From Spirulina sp. (GTDB taxonomy: Bacteria; Cyanobacteriota; Cyanobacteriia; Phormidesmidales; Phormidesmidaceae), in the NCBI GenBank assembly GCA_044070495.1, contig JBIPSI010000030.1:1-64000 (forward strand): a stretch of 64,000 bases of DNA, written 5' to 3'. Position 1 is the stretch's first letter; the number at the start of each line of letters is the position of its first letter. Below the pieces are notes generated by a model. The model was not told the origin of the DNA. It searched no databases and saw nothing but the letters and a program-made list of their open reading frames with translations. The position numbers were made by a program, and so were the translations under genes. Of this stretch, positions 21,648 through 30,101 are shown one piece after another.

Positions 21648-22015
21648 CTAAGCTTGCCCAATGCTGCCCTCCAGGCAGGCAATAAGGACTTCGGTTTTGA
21701 GAGGAGGTTTGAAAAGCCGAAGCTTGTCCCAAGTTATACCGATAAGGTCAGCCTCAACCGTCAAAAAATCCGTGGTTTTACACCGATCTAGCGACCAATC
21801 GCACCTGAGGCAACCCTTTTCAAACGCCCCCTGAGGCGATTGGCAATTTCTGAAGGATCGGCGACTTCAAAGAAAAGCTCAATGGCCTTGATTAGGTTAG
21901 TTCTCGCTTCTTCTACGGTATCTCCCTGACTGGCAATGTCTAGCTCAGGACATAGGGAAATGTAACCTTCTTCTTCTCGTTCGATAACAGCCGTAAACTG
22001 ATGAGTTTGTTTAAT
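21648..22015 (-). pseudogene. HicB-family antitoxin interrupted by a MITE; degenerate HicA start follows
   Basis: FTAVIEREEEGYISLCPELDIASQGDTVEEARTNL; start codon reads ATT. The frame is restored (NRLKTEVLIACLEG) if 21701-21834 is removed. An MGKLRTFSG remnant overlaps its end. Confidence 0.75.
21701..21831. mobile_element. 131-bp MITE with 16-bp imperfect TIRs and TGA target duplication
   Basis: Left end GAGGAGGTTTGAAAAG, right end CTTTTCAAACGCCCCC; TGA at 21698-21700 and at 21832-21834. Confidence 0.85.
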
Positions 22016-22271
22016 CTACTGACTGAACTCCTAATATTTTTGTATAAGGGATTTGAGATTGGTTAGAGCTAGGGTGTATATAGTAAGGTCAATAGCCTCG
22101 GCGTTGTTTTTCTCTGGATTCAATCCATAGCTGTTTGGCAACATCGAGTTCTTGTAAGCTAATGTGAATCTAAATTACATGGCAGCATTCTCTTAAGTCC
22201 TTGTTAAAAGGCTTTTGTGGCAATCTGGTTAGTGTATTTCAGATGACTAGCAGCTTAGTGACGGGTTATTT

Positions 22272-22376
22272 CTAGATAGTTAGGGCTAGTTCAATAACCT
22301 GATCGGTTGCCGTTAGACCAGTGGCTTGTAAGGCATCGGCCATGAGTGATTCGTCAACTTCTACGGTCATTTTCAT
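22272..22376 (-). pseudogene. Truncated copy of the VapB-like antitoxin at 24313-24507
   Basis: MKMTVEVDESLMADALQATGLTATDQVIELALTI* matches the N-terminal half of 24313-24507. Confidence 0.85.
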
Positions 22377-22407
22377 CAGTAGGATGGGGTTCTATAAATA
22401 CACCTAC

Positions 22408-22974
22408 TCACTCTGCTTTCATTTTTAACCAGTCGAAGATTTGTTTGGCTGTTAGCTCCAACTCAACTTCTTCTAAAACGGTTAGCTTATCTTCTTGATG
22501 AAATAACTCTGGCTGTTGTTTCGGCTGAAAAACGATCACCGAACGATCTCCTGGGTCAACTAACCAACTAAGCTGGCAACCATGCTTGAGACCATGCAAA
22601 ATATTACCCGTGACCCGGTTAGGGCTTTGTTCTGGCGAGAGAATTTCAATCATCCAGTCAGGGGCAGCAAGAACATTATCTAATGGTTCTTCATTTTCAT
22701 CTAGGACAATATTGCCCCAGCGAAACACGGATATATCGGGAATAATGGAGCGACCACCAAAGGTACAACGCAATTCTGGGAAAGCATAGGCAATTTGCTG
22801 TGCTTCTGCCACCTCATTAATCGCGTTGATTAATTTACCCTGAAGTCTTGAGTGGCGAGCTTTGGGCATTGGTTTTGGAATGATTTCACCGTCAATATAC
22901 TCACGAGCAGGTTTTGTTTCTGGCAGCTTCAGAAACTCATCTAGGGTTAGTGCTGCGGATTTAGCGACAGTCAT
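22408..22974 (-). CDS. Uma2 family putative endonuclease
   Basis: LTLDEFLKLPETKPAREYIDG, PELRCTFGGRSIIPD, PDWMIEILSP; own ATG at 22974. Confidence 0.9.
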   Translation of the reverse strand: MTVAKSAALTLDEFLKLPETKPAREYIDGEIIPKPMPKARHSRLQGKLINAINEVAEAQQIAYAFPELRCTFGGRSIIPDISVFRWGNIVLDENEEPLDNVLAAPDWMIEILSPEQSPNRVTGNILHGLKHGCQLSWLVDPGDRSVIVFQPKQQPELFHQEDKLTVLEEVELELTAKQIFDWLKMKAE

Positions 22975-23139
22975 ATTTCTTCCAGTCCATTTCAACGAGC
23001 TGATGCGCTTGGATACAGGGATCCTCAGCGTAGCATTTTCAAAAAATGAATCACTTAAGGGAGGGATATCGGAGTAGTCGATGCCTTCGTCGTCCATGGC
23101 TTCTAGTGCGGCCCAGTTAGTATGAGAGGTATTGCTCAA
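22975..23139 (-). pseudogene. N-terminal fragment of a BrnA-type antitoxin, in frame with the Uma2 gene
   Basis: TNWAALEAMDDEGIDYSDIPPLSDSFF; C-terminal RHH region missing. Confidence 0.7.
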
Positions 23140-23507
23140 GGTAATGCAGTAATTGTGACCAATCCGTCAGGGATAGCCTGTATTTTTAATTCATATCCTT
23201 CAAGTAAACCCATGCCAACTAGAGGATCGGTCTCTGATTCATTAACCTCAATTGTCATAACCTGTTCATCCCAGATAACGGATGCTTCATACACGTTAAA
23301 CATGCGTAAGCTTCCATCACCTAAAAGCCCCTCTTGTTGCATGTACCACGTCAGATTTAGGGTTGAAATAATGTGATAAGGCAGCGTCAGAAAGCCAGTA
23401 TATCCAGTATCTATGACGGCTTTAATGACTTGCCTCTGCTGATTCTCACCTAGAATGTCTAGTTGAATCATGGCTTCTCGCTGTTCGTTGACGCGGCCAG
23501 AAATCAT
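23136..23507 (-). CDS. Clan AA (retroviral-like) aspartic protease
   Basis: AVIDTGYTGFLTLP and PLVGMGLL motifs. Confidence 0.88.
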   Translation of the reverse strand: MISGRVNEQREAMIQLDILGENQQRQVIKAVIDTGYTGFLTLPYHIISTLNLTWYMQQEGLLGDGSLRMFNVYEASVIWDEQVMTIEVNESETDPLVGMGLLEGYELKIQAIPDGLVTITALP

Positions 23508-23776
23508 AGCGCTGTTGGATGGTGAAAGCCGAAGCGGTGTACAGCAGGATATCCAATCCGCAGGCCAAATATCTGGGCGTTAGGATGATGTTTTAGTAAT
23601 TGCTTGGCAGCCGTTAGGCTATCGTTGGCAATTTCAAAGGCTCCGGTTTCAATGTCGATGGCTACAATTTTGCCAAAGTTATCTTTTTCAACCTGGGAGC
23701 GCACTTGAGTTTCATAGAGCGTTCTACCACGTTGAGCAAATTCTTCTTTGCCATATCGGGGTTGTCGGGCTGTCAT
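23504..23776 (-). CDS. Small partner protein of the clan AA protease (DUF5678-like)
   Basis: GKIVAIDIETGAFEI...RIG; ATGA overlap with the protease gene. Confidence 0.8.
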   Translation of the reverse strand: MTARQPRYGKEEFAQRGRTLYETQVRSQVEKDNFGKIVAIDIETGAFEIANDSLTAAKQLLKHHPNAQIFGLRIGYPAVHRFGFHHPTAL

Positions 23777-23843
23777 AGGTTAACTCTCCTATGCTACTGT
23801 GGTTTCTCTCATTGTAGCTTAGTGGCTTCTAGTAAATGCAGAC

Positions 23844-23913
23844 GGTGCATTGCAGCCAAGGCGGTTGACTTTACGATTATTAAGGATGTTGGTGTCACGA
23901 ACCCACCCTACAG
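23844..23913 (-). repeat. 70-bp REP-type repeat, copy A
   Basis: Plus strand GGTGCATTGCAGCCAA...AAGGATGTTG...CACCCTACAG; same length as the copies at 24547 and 24632. Confidence 0.8.
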
Positions 23914-23914
23914 A

Positions 23915-24316
23915 TTACTCAATTGGCAGTACGGAAACTAATCCTAGATGATGAACACAAGGGATGAAGTCTTTGTCTGAAAACAGGAGAGTGTGGTTTT
24001 CCTCGATGCAAAAGGTGGCGATGATTATATCGATTGTTTTGCGAACTGTAATACCTTTCCTTCTAAGGTGGCGGAAATTGTTTGCGCTCTTGATTGCAAT
24101 GCTGGTGTTAGTTAGGTTAAATATTGTGAGAGAAGTGAGTAGTTGTTTTGCTGTTTCATAGTCAGTATCTTGACGGAACCCTTGCAACACTTCGGTTAGG
24201 ATAATGTCGCCAATGGCTAGGGGTTGGGTGCTTAAGAGTTGATCTAGGAGATTGACTTGAGGCGTATTGTGACCGTTAAAGTAATCGATCCATACGCTAG
24301 AATCGACCAGAATCAT
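23915..24316 (-). CDS. PIN domain (VapC-like) toxin
   Basis: MILVDSSVWIDYF, TEVLQGFR, RKTIDIIIA, SDKDF. Confidence 0.93.
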   Translation of the reverse strand: MILVDSSVWIDYFNGHNTPQVNLLDQLLSTQPLAIGDIILTEVLQGFRQDTDYETAKQLLTSLTIFNLTNTSIAIKSANNFRHLRRKGITVRKTIDIIIATFCIEENHTLLFSDKDFIPCVHHLGLVSVLPIE

Positions 24317-24507
24317 AGGGAAGTTCTCATCTCGTCAAGGTTGCCATTCCAGGGGAGTTTGCCGCGAAGGGCTTTGATGGCTTCTTGGCGCTTCATTTGA
24401 ATCAGCATGGTTAGGGCTAGTTCAATGACTTGATCGGTTGCGGTTAGGCCAGTAGCTTGCAGGGCATCGGCCATGAGTGATTCGTCAACTTCTACATTGG
24501 TTTTCAT
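24313..24507 (-). CDS. VapB-like antitoxin
   Basis: MKTNVEVDESLM...LRGKLPWNGNLDEMR; ATGA overlap with the PIN gene. Confidence 0.9.
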   Translation of the reverse strand: MKTNVEVDESLMADALQATGLTATDQVIELALTMLIQMKRQEAIKALRGKLPWNGNLDEMRTSL

Positions 24508-24546
24508 GATTCTAGCCGTGAAAGAGAGGGTTTTGTAAAAGTGGGT

Positions 24547-24701
24547 GGTGCATTGCGGCCAAAGTGGTTGATTGCAGGTTTGTCAAGGATGTTGATGCTG
24601 TGGATGCACCCTACAGGCTGAATAGGTTGACAGTGCATTGTGGCCAATGTTATTGGCTTCATGTTTATAAAGTTCGTTGATGATGTAAATGCACTCTACA
24701 G
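24547..24701 (-). repeat. Two tandem 70-bp REP-type repeats (copies B and C)
   Basis: 24547-24616 GGTGCATTGCGGCCAA...ATGCACCCTACAG; 24632-24701 AGTGCATTGTGGCCAA...ATGCACTCTACAG. Confidence 0.8.
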
Positions 24702-24712
24702 GCTCTAATAAG

Positions 24713-25732
24713 CTAGAGTTTATCGACTAATGTATTCATCGCGTCAATACAATTCTGCAAGTAATCAGCTTTTACTTGCACGTCTCTACCAGGTAATTGA
24801 TGTTTGCCTGCACTGAGACGAGTGAAAGGTACTCCTTGAGCAAATGCAACTACACCAGTAGTTTGAAAATCACGAATTTCTACTCTTGAATCTGACACCG
24901 ATCTAAAAGTTAATACATCAGGATTTGACATTAAGATATTGCTGATCAAATTGTCAATTTCCAAAAGAACGGCATGATATGCCGAAGCTGGCCCCATGTA
25001 CTGAGTTAGGCGATTTTTGGGAAATAGATGGAACTTGGGTGGAGTTCTTCCTGCAGAAGCTAACTGTGATGCAAAGTTGTGCTGTGCGTAGGTCGCAGAA
25101 GGCAGTTGTAGTCCCTGAACTAAGGCAATTGCATTTTGCACAGCTCTTCTTGAAGAGTCATCTGCCATGACTGGAAGTATCATTCGATCAGTTGCTGCAA
25201 TCCCTATTTGTGTGTACACAGAAAAGCTTGGATTGGCATCAACGAACAAGTAATCATATTCTTGATCTATACTATCAACTAAGTCATTAAGCCAATCAAT
25301 AATCTGCAACCATGTGTTTGTCCCAGGTATTTGAGTGTTAGCTAGCGTTGTAATGGCATTGGACTGCAATTCAACAAGAGCGTCACCTGCAATTAAATCT
25401 ATATTCTCTGCGATATTAGAGTTGAACTGTGATGGCTTACAAATATATTGATGGACATTGACGGAAGGCATGGAATAAGGTGCAGGCAGTCTATCTTGGA
25501 AGTAGCCGCCGATACTACATCTAGGTGTTTTATTCTGCAACCCTTGCAACTGATTACTACCTCGTTTAACTAGGCCGCCCAACAATAATTCTGAAAGATT
25601 TGCTTGTGGGCACAAATCGACTACCAAGATACGTGAATTAGGATTCCTTTCTGCAAACATTGCGACTGATTGAAAGGCTAAACTTGTTTTACCTGTACCA
25701 CCTTTATTGTTCCAAAATGAATATTTAATCAT
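24713..25732 (-). CDS. ParA/MinD-family ATPase, AT-rich, no parB nearby
   Basis: NNKGGTGKTS deviant Walker A; VDLCPQANLS; VDANPS. Confidence 0.9.
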   Translation of the reverse strand: MIKYSFWNNKGGTGKTSLAFQSVAMFAERNPNSRILVVDLCPQANLSELLLGGLVKRGSNQLQGLQNKTPRCSIGGYFQDRLPAPYSMPSVNVHQYICKPSQFNSNIAENIDLIAGDALVELQSNAITTLANTQIPGTNTWLQIIDWLNDLVDSIDQEYDYLFVDANPSFSVYTQIGIAATDRMILPVMADDSSRRAVQNAIALVQGLQLPSATYAQHNFASQLASAGRTPPKFHLFPKNRLTQYMGPASAYHAVLLEIDNLISNILMSNPDVLTFRSVSDSRVEIRDFQTTGVVAFAQGVPFTRLSAGKHQLPGRDVQVKADYLQNCIDAMNTLVDKL

Positions 25733-25900
25733 GATGACTCCTGTTTATGTTTTGATAGCAGACTAACTCATTCGATGACTCTGTAAAAAGCCTTGGGCAG
25801 GAATTTAGCTTCCTAAATGCTAAATCTAAGACCTCAGATGAAATTATTTTACCCAAAATCCCTATTGACTGAGGTTGCGACCCTAAAGCGCAAGCCCCTC

Positions 25901-28546
25901 TCAAACCTGCTCCAACGTCTTCAGCACAGCGGCGACATCCACGGAGAGATATTCCCCAAGGCGGAGGATTTCGCGGACTTGGGCGCGGCTGGAGAGGGAG
26001 AGCGGTTGACCGCTTTGGGCGGCGTTTTTGATCAGGGCAAACACTTGGCGGTGGAGGTGTTGGTAGAAGAGTTCCTGGGGGCGTTCTAGGGAGAGACCCA
26101 GGCCCAGGCGGTCGCCCAAGTCAATTAGGCGGCCCAGCCATTCCACATCGGCGGCGAGGGATTCGGTGGGTTCTTGGCTGAGGATTTGCCAGACGGATCG
26201 GCCAATCAGGCGTTCTAGCATGGGTTTGGCATCGGGCAACGAGAGGCTGGCATTAAAATAGCTGGCCTCGGTGGCGATGGCGTCTAGTTCGTTGATGAAG
26301 TCTTCCCCTTGGCGGAGGGGGTTGGCGCTGGGGTCGCTGGTTTCCCGTTCTAGGGCGTGGAGGACTTCGAGGGTGCGCTGGCTGAGGGCGATATCTGCCG
26401 CCACTTGCAGTTCGCGGGGTACGGGCAGGCCATCGCGGTGGAAGGCGCGCAGAACACCGTAGTTGTCGCGGTAGACCTGGGAGTAGAGTTGGTCGAGGCG
26501 CAGCAGGGTGTCTTGGGAGAGCAGCTTCATCATCCGGTGGCGTTCTTCGGCGAACAGGTCTTGCAGGCTGTAGGTTTGGGTGCCGAAGGTGCGGTTCATG
26601 GCCAGGATGGTTTGGGCGGCGCTGGCTTGGCTGAGGCAGTCGAAGAGGTCGTCCTTAGCCTGGGTGTAGTCGAGACGGGAGTGGAAACTGCGGATGCAGC
26701 AGTGGAAATCCCAGCCGCCCAGATGGACGACGGCAAAGGCAAGGCTGAGGGATTCGCGGGTGATGGTGGAGGTGATATCCACTAGGCCGACGGCGAGGGA
26801 GATGGGGCCAAGGCGCTGGCGGCGATAGTCGTGCTGTTCGACGGTGTAGCAGTAGACCGACTGCTGGCGGCGATAGTCGGTGAACAGGGAACCCATGGCG
26901 TAGTGGGCGGCCACCTGCTCTAGGCTGATGCGCGAGGGCTTGACCAGGGCGCGATAGACCCCGGCTCCATCTTTGAATTCTTCGACGTTGCTGGGGGCTT
27001 GGGCCAGCCGCATCACAAACTCCTGCTCTAGGGCGATCCCGGCCACCTCGCCAGCTAGTTCGATGGCACGGGCGGCGTAGCGCAAAATTTGGGTGCCTTC
27101 CGGGCGAGAAATTTCCTCAAAGAACCAGCCGCAACTGGTGTACATCAGCAGGGTGTGGCGCTGCATTTCTAGCAGGCGCAGGGTTTCAACCCGCTCGCTG
27201 GGGGAAAGATCCCGGCGCTGGTGCTCGGCCAAAAAGGCGTTGAGGCTGTCGTCGCTGCGGTCGCCGATCACCTGAATGTAGGCATCCCGGGCCACCCAGG
27301 GATCGCGCAGGAGGTCGGCCCCCCGCTGTTCAAACACCAGGGCCAGCCTGTCGCGCAGCCAATCTAGGGCATCCCGTAGCGGTCGCCGCCATTGCTGGTG
27401 CCACACATCGCCGCCGCCACAGCCGCAGTCCTCCTGCCAGCGGTCTACCCCGTGGGAACAACTCCAGGCGGTGACGGGCTTCAGTTCGGCCTCCCAGGTG
27501 GGGGGATGGGTGGCCAGGTAGTGGGCATAATTCGTCACCGTCCAGCCCTGGCGGGGAAATTCTTCGGTGACGGCGTAGGCCAGGGCTTTTTCGGCACCTG
27601 CTTTGTGGTGGCCAAAGGTTTCGCCATCGGTGGCCACAGAAATGAGCTGGAAGGGACGGTGATCCCCGTGGATGGCTTGCCCAATCCGTCCGGCAAAGTG
27701 GGAGGATGCAGCGAGGACATCGTTAAAGCCCATGTCTCGCGAGATCGGGCCATCGTAGAAAAACACATCAATATAGCGGCTGGGATCAACGCTACCGTCT
27801 TCGTTTTTGAGGAAACAGCGGTAGGGACGGCTGGGATCAATCTGGCCGCCGCCCACCTCGTGCCAGTCTTCGCGCTCGCCATGGTGGCTGACTAGGGGCC
27901 GACAGCGCTGCACCTGCGACGGAGCCAGGATCGTGAACTTGATCCCCTCGTTGACTAGGACTTCTAACGTGGGGTAATCCACCGCCGTTTCCGCCAGCCA
28001 AATGCCTTCGGGATCGCGCTGGAATCGGCGTCGGAAGTCGGCGATCCCCCATTTCACCTGGGTCACTTTGTCCCGTGCATTGGCCAAGGGCAGAATGATG
28101 TGGTTGTAGACCTGGGCAATGGCGTTGCCGTGGCCCTGCAAGCGGGCGCAACTGTTGCGGTCGGCATCCAAAATGCGCTGGTAGGTTTCGATGTCGTGGC
28201 GCTCCATCCAGCTCAGCAGGGTGGCCCCCATGTTGAAGCTGATGTATTCAAAGGTGTTAACGATGCGGATCACCTCGCCCCGGTCGTTGAGAATGCGGGC
28301 GTAGGCGTTGGGCCGATAGCATTCGTGGTGGATGCGCTCGTTCCAGTTGTGGAAGGGGGCGGCGCTGGGCTGCTTCTCAATGGCATCCAGGTAGGGATTT
28401 TCGCGGGGGGGTTGGTAGAAATGCCCATGCACACAGACAAAAACTCCGGTGCTAACGGCGGGGATCAGCCCACTGCTAGGAATTTCGGCCATAGAAGCCT
28501 CATGTACTGCCGCGTCAACCACGGAATGCCGAGAAGAATCAGCCAT
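25901..28546 (-). CDS. GH57 family glycoside hydrolase with DUF3536
   Basis: HGHFYQPPRENP, WLAETAVD, ATDGETFGHH, MYTSCGWFF. Confidence 0.92.
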   Translation of the reverse strand: MADSSRHSVVDAAVHEASMAEIPSSGLIPAVSTGVFVCVHGHFYQPPRENPYLDAIEKQPSAAPFHNWNERIHHECYRPNAYARILNDRGEVIRIVNTFEYISFNMGATLLSWMERHDIETYQRILDADRNSCARLQGHGNAIAQVYNHIILPLANARDKVTQVKWGIADFRRRFQRDPEGIWLAETAVDYPTLEVLVNEGIKFTILAPSQVQRCRPLVSHHGEREDWHEVGGGQIDPSRPYRCFLKNEDGSVDPSRYIDVFFYDGPISRDMGFNDVLAASSHFAGRIGQAIHGDHRPFQLISVATDGETFGHHKAGAEKALAYAVTEEFPRQGWTVTNYAHYLATHPPTWEAELKPVTAWSCSHGVDRWQEDCGCGGGDVWHQQWRRPLRDALDWLRDRLALVFEQRGADLLRDPWVARDAYIQVIGDRSDDSLNAFLAEHQRRDLSPSERVETLRLLEMQRHTLLMYTSCGWFFEEISRPEGTQILRYAARAIELAGEVAGIALEQEFVMRLAQAPSNVEEFKDGAGVYRALVKPSRISLEQVAAHYAMGSLFTDYRRQQSVYCYTVEQHDYRRQRLGPISLAVGLVDITSTITRESLSLAFAVVHLGGWDFHCCIRSFHSRLDYTQAKDDLFDCLSQASAAQTILAMNRTFGTQTYSLQDLFAEERHRMMKLLSQDTLLRLDQLYSQVYRDNYGVLRAFHRDGLPVPRELQVAADIALSQRTLEVLHALERETSDPSANPLRQGEDFINELDAIATEASYFNASLSLPDAKPMLERLIGRSVWQILSQEPTESLAADVEWLGRLIDLGDRLGLGLSLERPQELFYQHLHRQVFALIKNAAQSGQPLSLSSRAQVREILRLGEYLSVDVAAVLKTLEQV

Positions 28547-28908
28547 AGGAGAAAGGGGGATAAATTGCAAAAAATGTTTTGTAAAAATGCCTAAAATGCC
28601 CTGTAGGAGAGGCTTTGGCCTAGGCTATCAAGCGATTCAAAAGCCAAATTTTCATCATTTGATGACCATTTGATCACCCCAGGTTGCGATTGGAAGGGGT
28701 ATCAATAATCTCCATTATGGTAGCGCCCTTTTTTCGATGAACGCTGCAACACTTAACCTGACGTGATAATTTGTCACCGGCATCCGTGCCTCCTGCGGAG
28801 CGGCTACGCTTCCCTGGCGGGCAAGGCTGCACTCAGTTCAGAAACAGCAATTTCGGCCTAAACTTAGGCAATCTAGGCCTATCTCCACCGAACCAGGACA
28901 GCACCACG

Positions 28909-29316
28909 ATGACCGATTTAGACATTACCAGCACCCACATCGAAGACCTGATCGTCAACCTTGGTGAGGATGGCGACGATGTACTAAGCGGTTACACGAT
29001 TATGGGCACTCTGGCCGATGGCCGCACGCTGTGGCTGGCCGACGTAACGGCGGACACTCACCCCGCCATGGGGGATCTGTATCTTGAGGAAGACTTAGAC
29101 AGCCCCACCATCGAGGAAGCCAGGGTGATCGCCCACCTGCTGGCGGCGGCTCCGCAGATGCAGAGTATCATTCTGGCCCTAGCCACGGAGGCAATTCAAA
29201 ACGATGGCCGCATTGACATCGACCATGCGGTCTACGCCCTAGAGGTCCTGGCCTCCCTCAGCGAAGAGGAGATAGAGGAGGATGAGGACGACGACGACCC
29301 CTCAGAACAAGAATAG
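28909..29316 (+). CDS. Acidic hypothetical protein
   Basis: Plausible ATG at 28909; strongly acidic composition. Confidence 0.6.
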   Translation: MTDLDITSTHIEDLIVNLGEDGDDVLSGYTIMGTLADGRTLWLADVTADTHPAMGDLYLEEDLDSPTIEEARVIAHLLAAAPQMQSIILALATEAIQNDGRIDIDHAVYALEVLASLSEEEIEEDEDDDDPSEQE

Positions 29317-29427
29317 CCCCGACCAATCAGGTCAGGGCTAGACGGGGAATCCCCAATTACCGAAATAATGAGGCGGTTCCGAGTTTTGGAGGGTTCAGTC
29401 TTGGTGTCAAAGCCATCGCCTGTAACC

Positions 29428-29670
29428 TTAGAAGGGCCTGGCGGTGAAGATTGCGCCACCCAGAATACCGACAGCGGCGACGGCCATCAGCAGGTTATTG
29501 AACAAGCGACCCGACTCAGCATTCGTGCCGAGGGCCTTGTCCTCTTTGCCAGCGGTGAAAAATAACGACCAAGCTTGGTTGGCGTCAATGGCTTCGGCTC
29601 CGTTGAAGCTAGGGCGAAAGACCACGGGGCCAAACAGATCTTTATTGGTGTAGTCAAAATCGCTGCGCAT
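29428..29670 (-). CDS. lilA: LilA (Slr1544)-like single-helix protein
   Basis: NKDLFGPVVFR...NQAWSLFFTAG.EDK.LG motif; lies directly downstream of an hli gene, as in Synechocystis. Confidence 0.75.
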   Translation of the reverse strand: MRSDFDYTNKDLFGPVVFRPSFNGAEAIDANQAWSLFFTAGKEDKALGTNAESGRLFNNLLMAVAAVGILGGAIFTARPF

Positions 29671-29691
29671 GGTGCAGACTCCTTGGTGCTG

Positions 29692-29742
29692 TTGAACGGC
29701 TTGGTTAAACGGTTTTATTGAACGGTTTTGTTAAACCTTGTG
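29692..29742. repeat. 13-bp tandem repeat (~4 units) between hli and lilA
   Basis: TTGAACGGCTTGG TTAAACGGTTTTA TTGAACGGTTTTG TTAAACCTTGTG. Confidence 0.7.
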
Positions 29743-29792
29743 CTGAATCCTAGGGCAGGCAATGGTTGAACCTGGCCCAACGGAGCAACTGC

Positions 29793-30005
29793 CTACAGGC
29801 TGGTCAGCCAGGTGATGATGCCGTGGCCAGTGAGGGCTTCAAAGGCGATGGCAGACACAAAGCCAATCATGGCCAGACGACCATTGAGCTGCTCGGCGTA
29901 GGCGTTGAAGCCGAAGCGCTGAGTATCGTCTACGTAGACCTTGGGCTCGATAGCAAAGTTGTTGAGGCGGTTGCCTTCTTCGACGGTGTAGCCGTTGGTA
30001 GCCAT
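29793..30005 (-). CDS. hli: High-light-inducible protein (HliA/HliB type)
   Basis: LNNFAIEP and AEQLNGRLAMIGF chlorophyll-binding motif. Confidence 0.95.
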   Translation of the reverse strand: MATNGYTVEEGNRLNNFAIEPKVYVDDTQRFGFNAYAEQLNGRLAMIGFVSAIAFEALTGHGIITWLTSL

Positions 30006-30031
30006 GGGAGTTCTCGTTTACTGCTGACCTC

Positions 30032-30049
30032 AATGTAACACAACGTAAC
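30032..30049 (-). promoter_or_regulatory. HLR1 (RpaB-binding) direct repeat upstream of hli
   Basis: Minus strand GTTACGTT-GT-GTTACATT fits (G/T)TTACA(T/A)(T/A)-N2 repeated twice. Confidence 0.7.
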
Positions 30050-30101
30050 GAATTATTGCAATTTTGTTACAAAAATGAGGTCGGCTTTCATTTTCACAAT
30101 T

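Noticed and set aside
23844..24701. 70-bp repeats as a CRISPR array or true integron attC sites
   Set aside because: Too long and divergent for CRISPR repeats, irregularly spaced, and no cas genes. They lack RYYYAAC/GTTRRRY ends, and no integrase is in the window.
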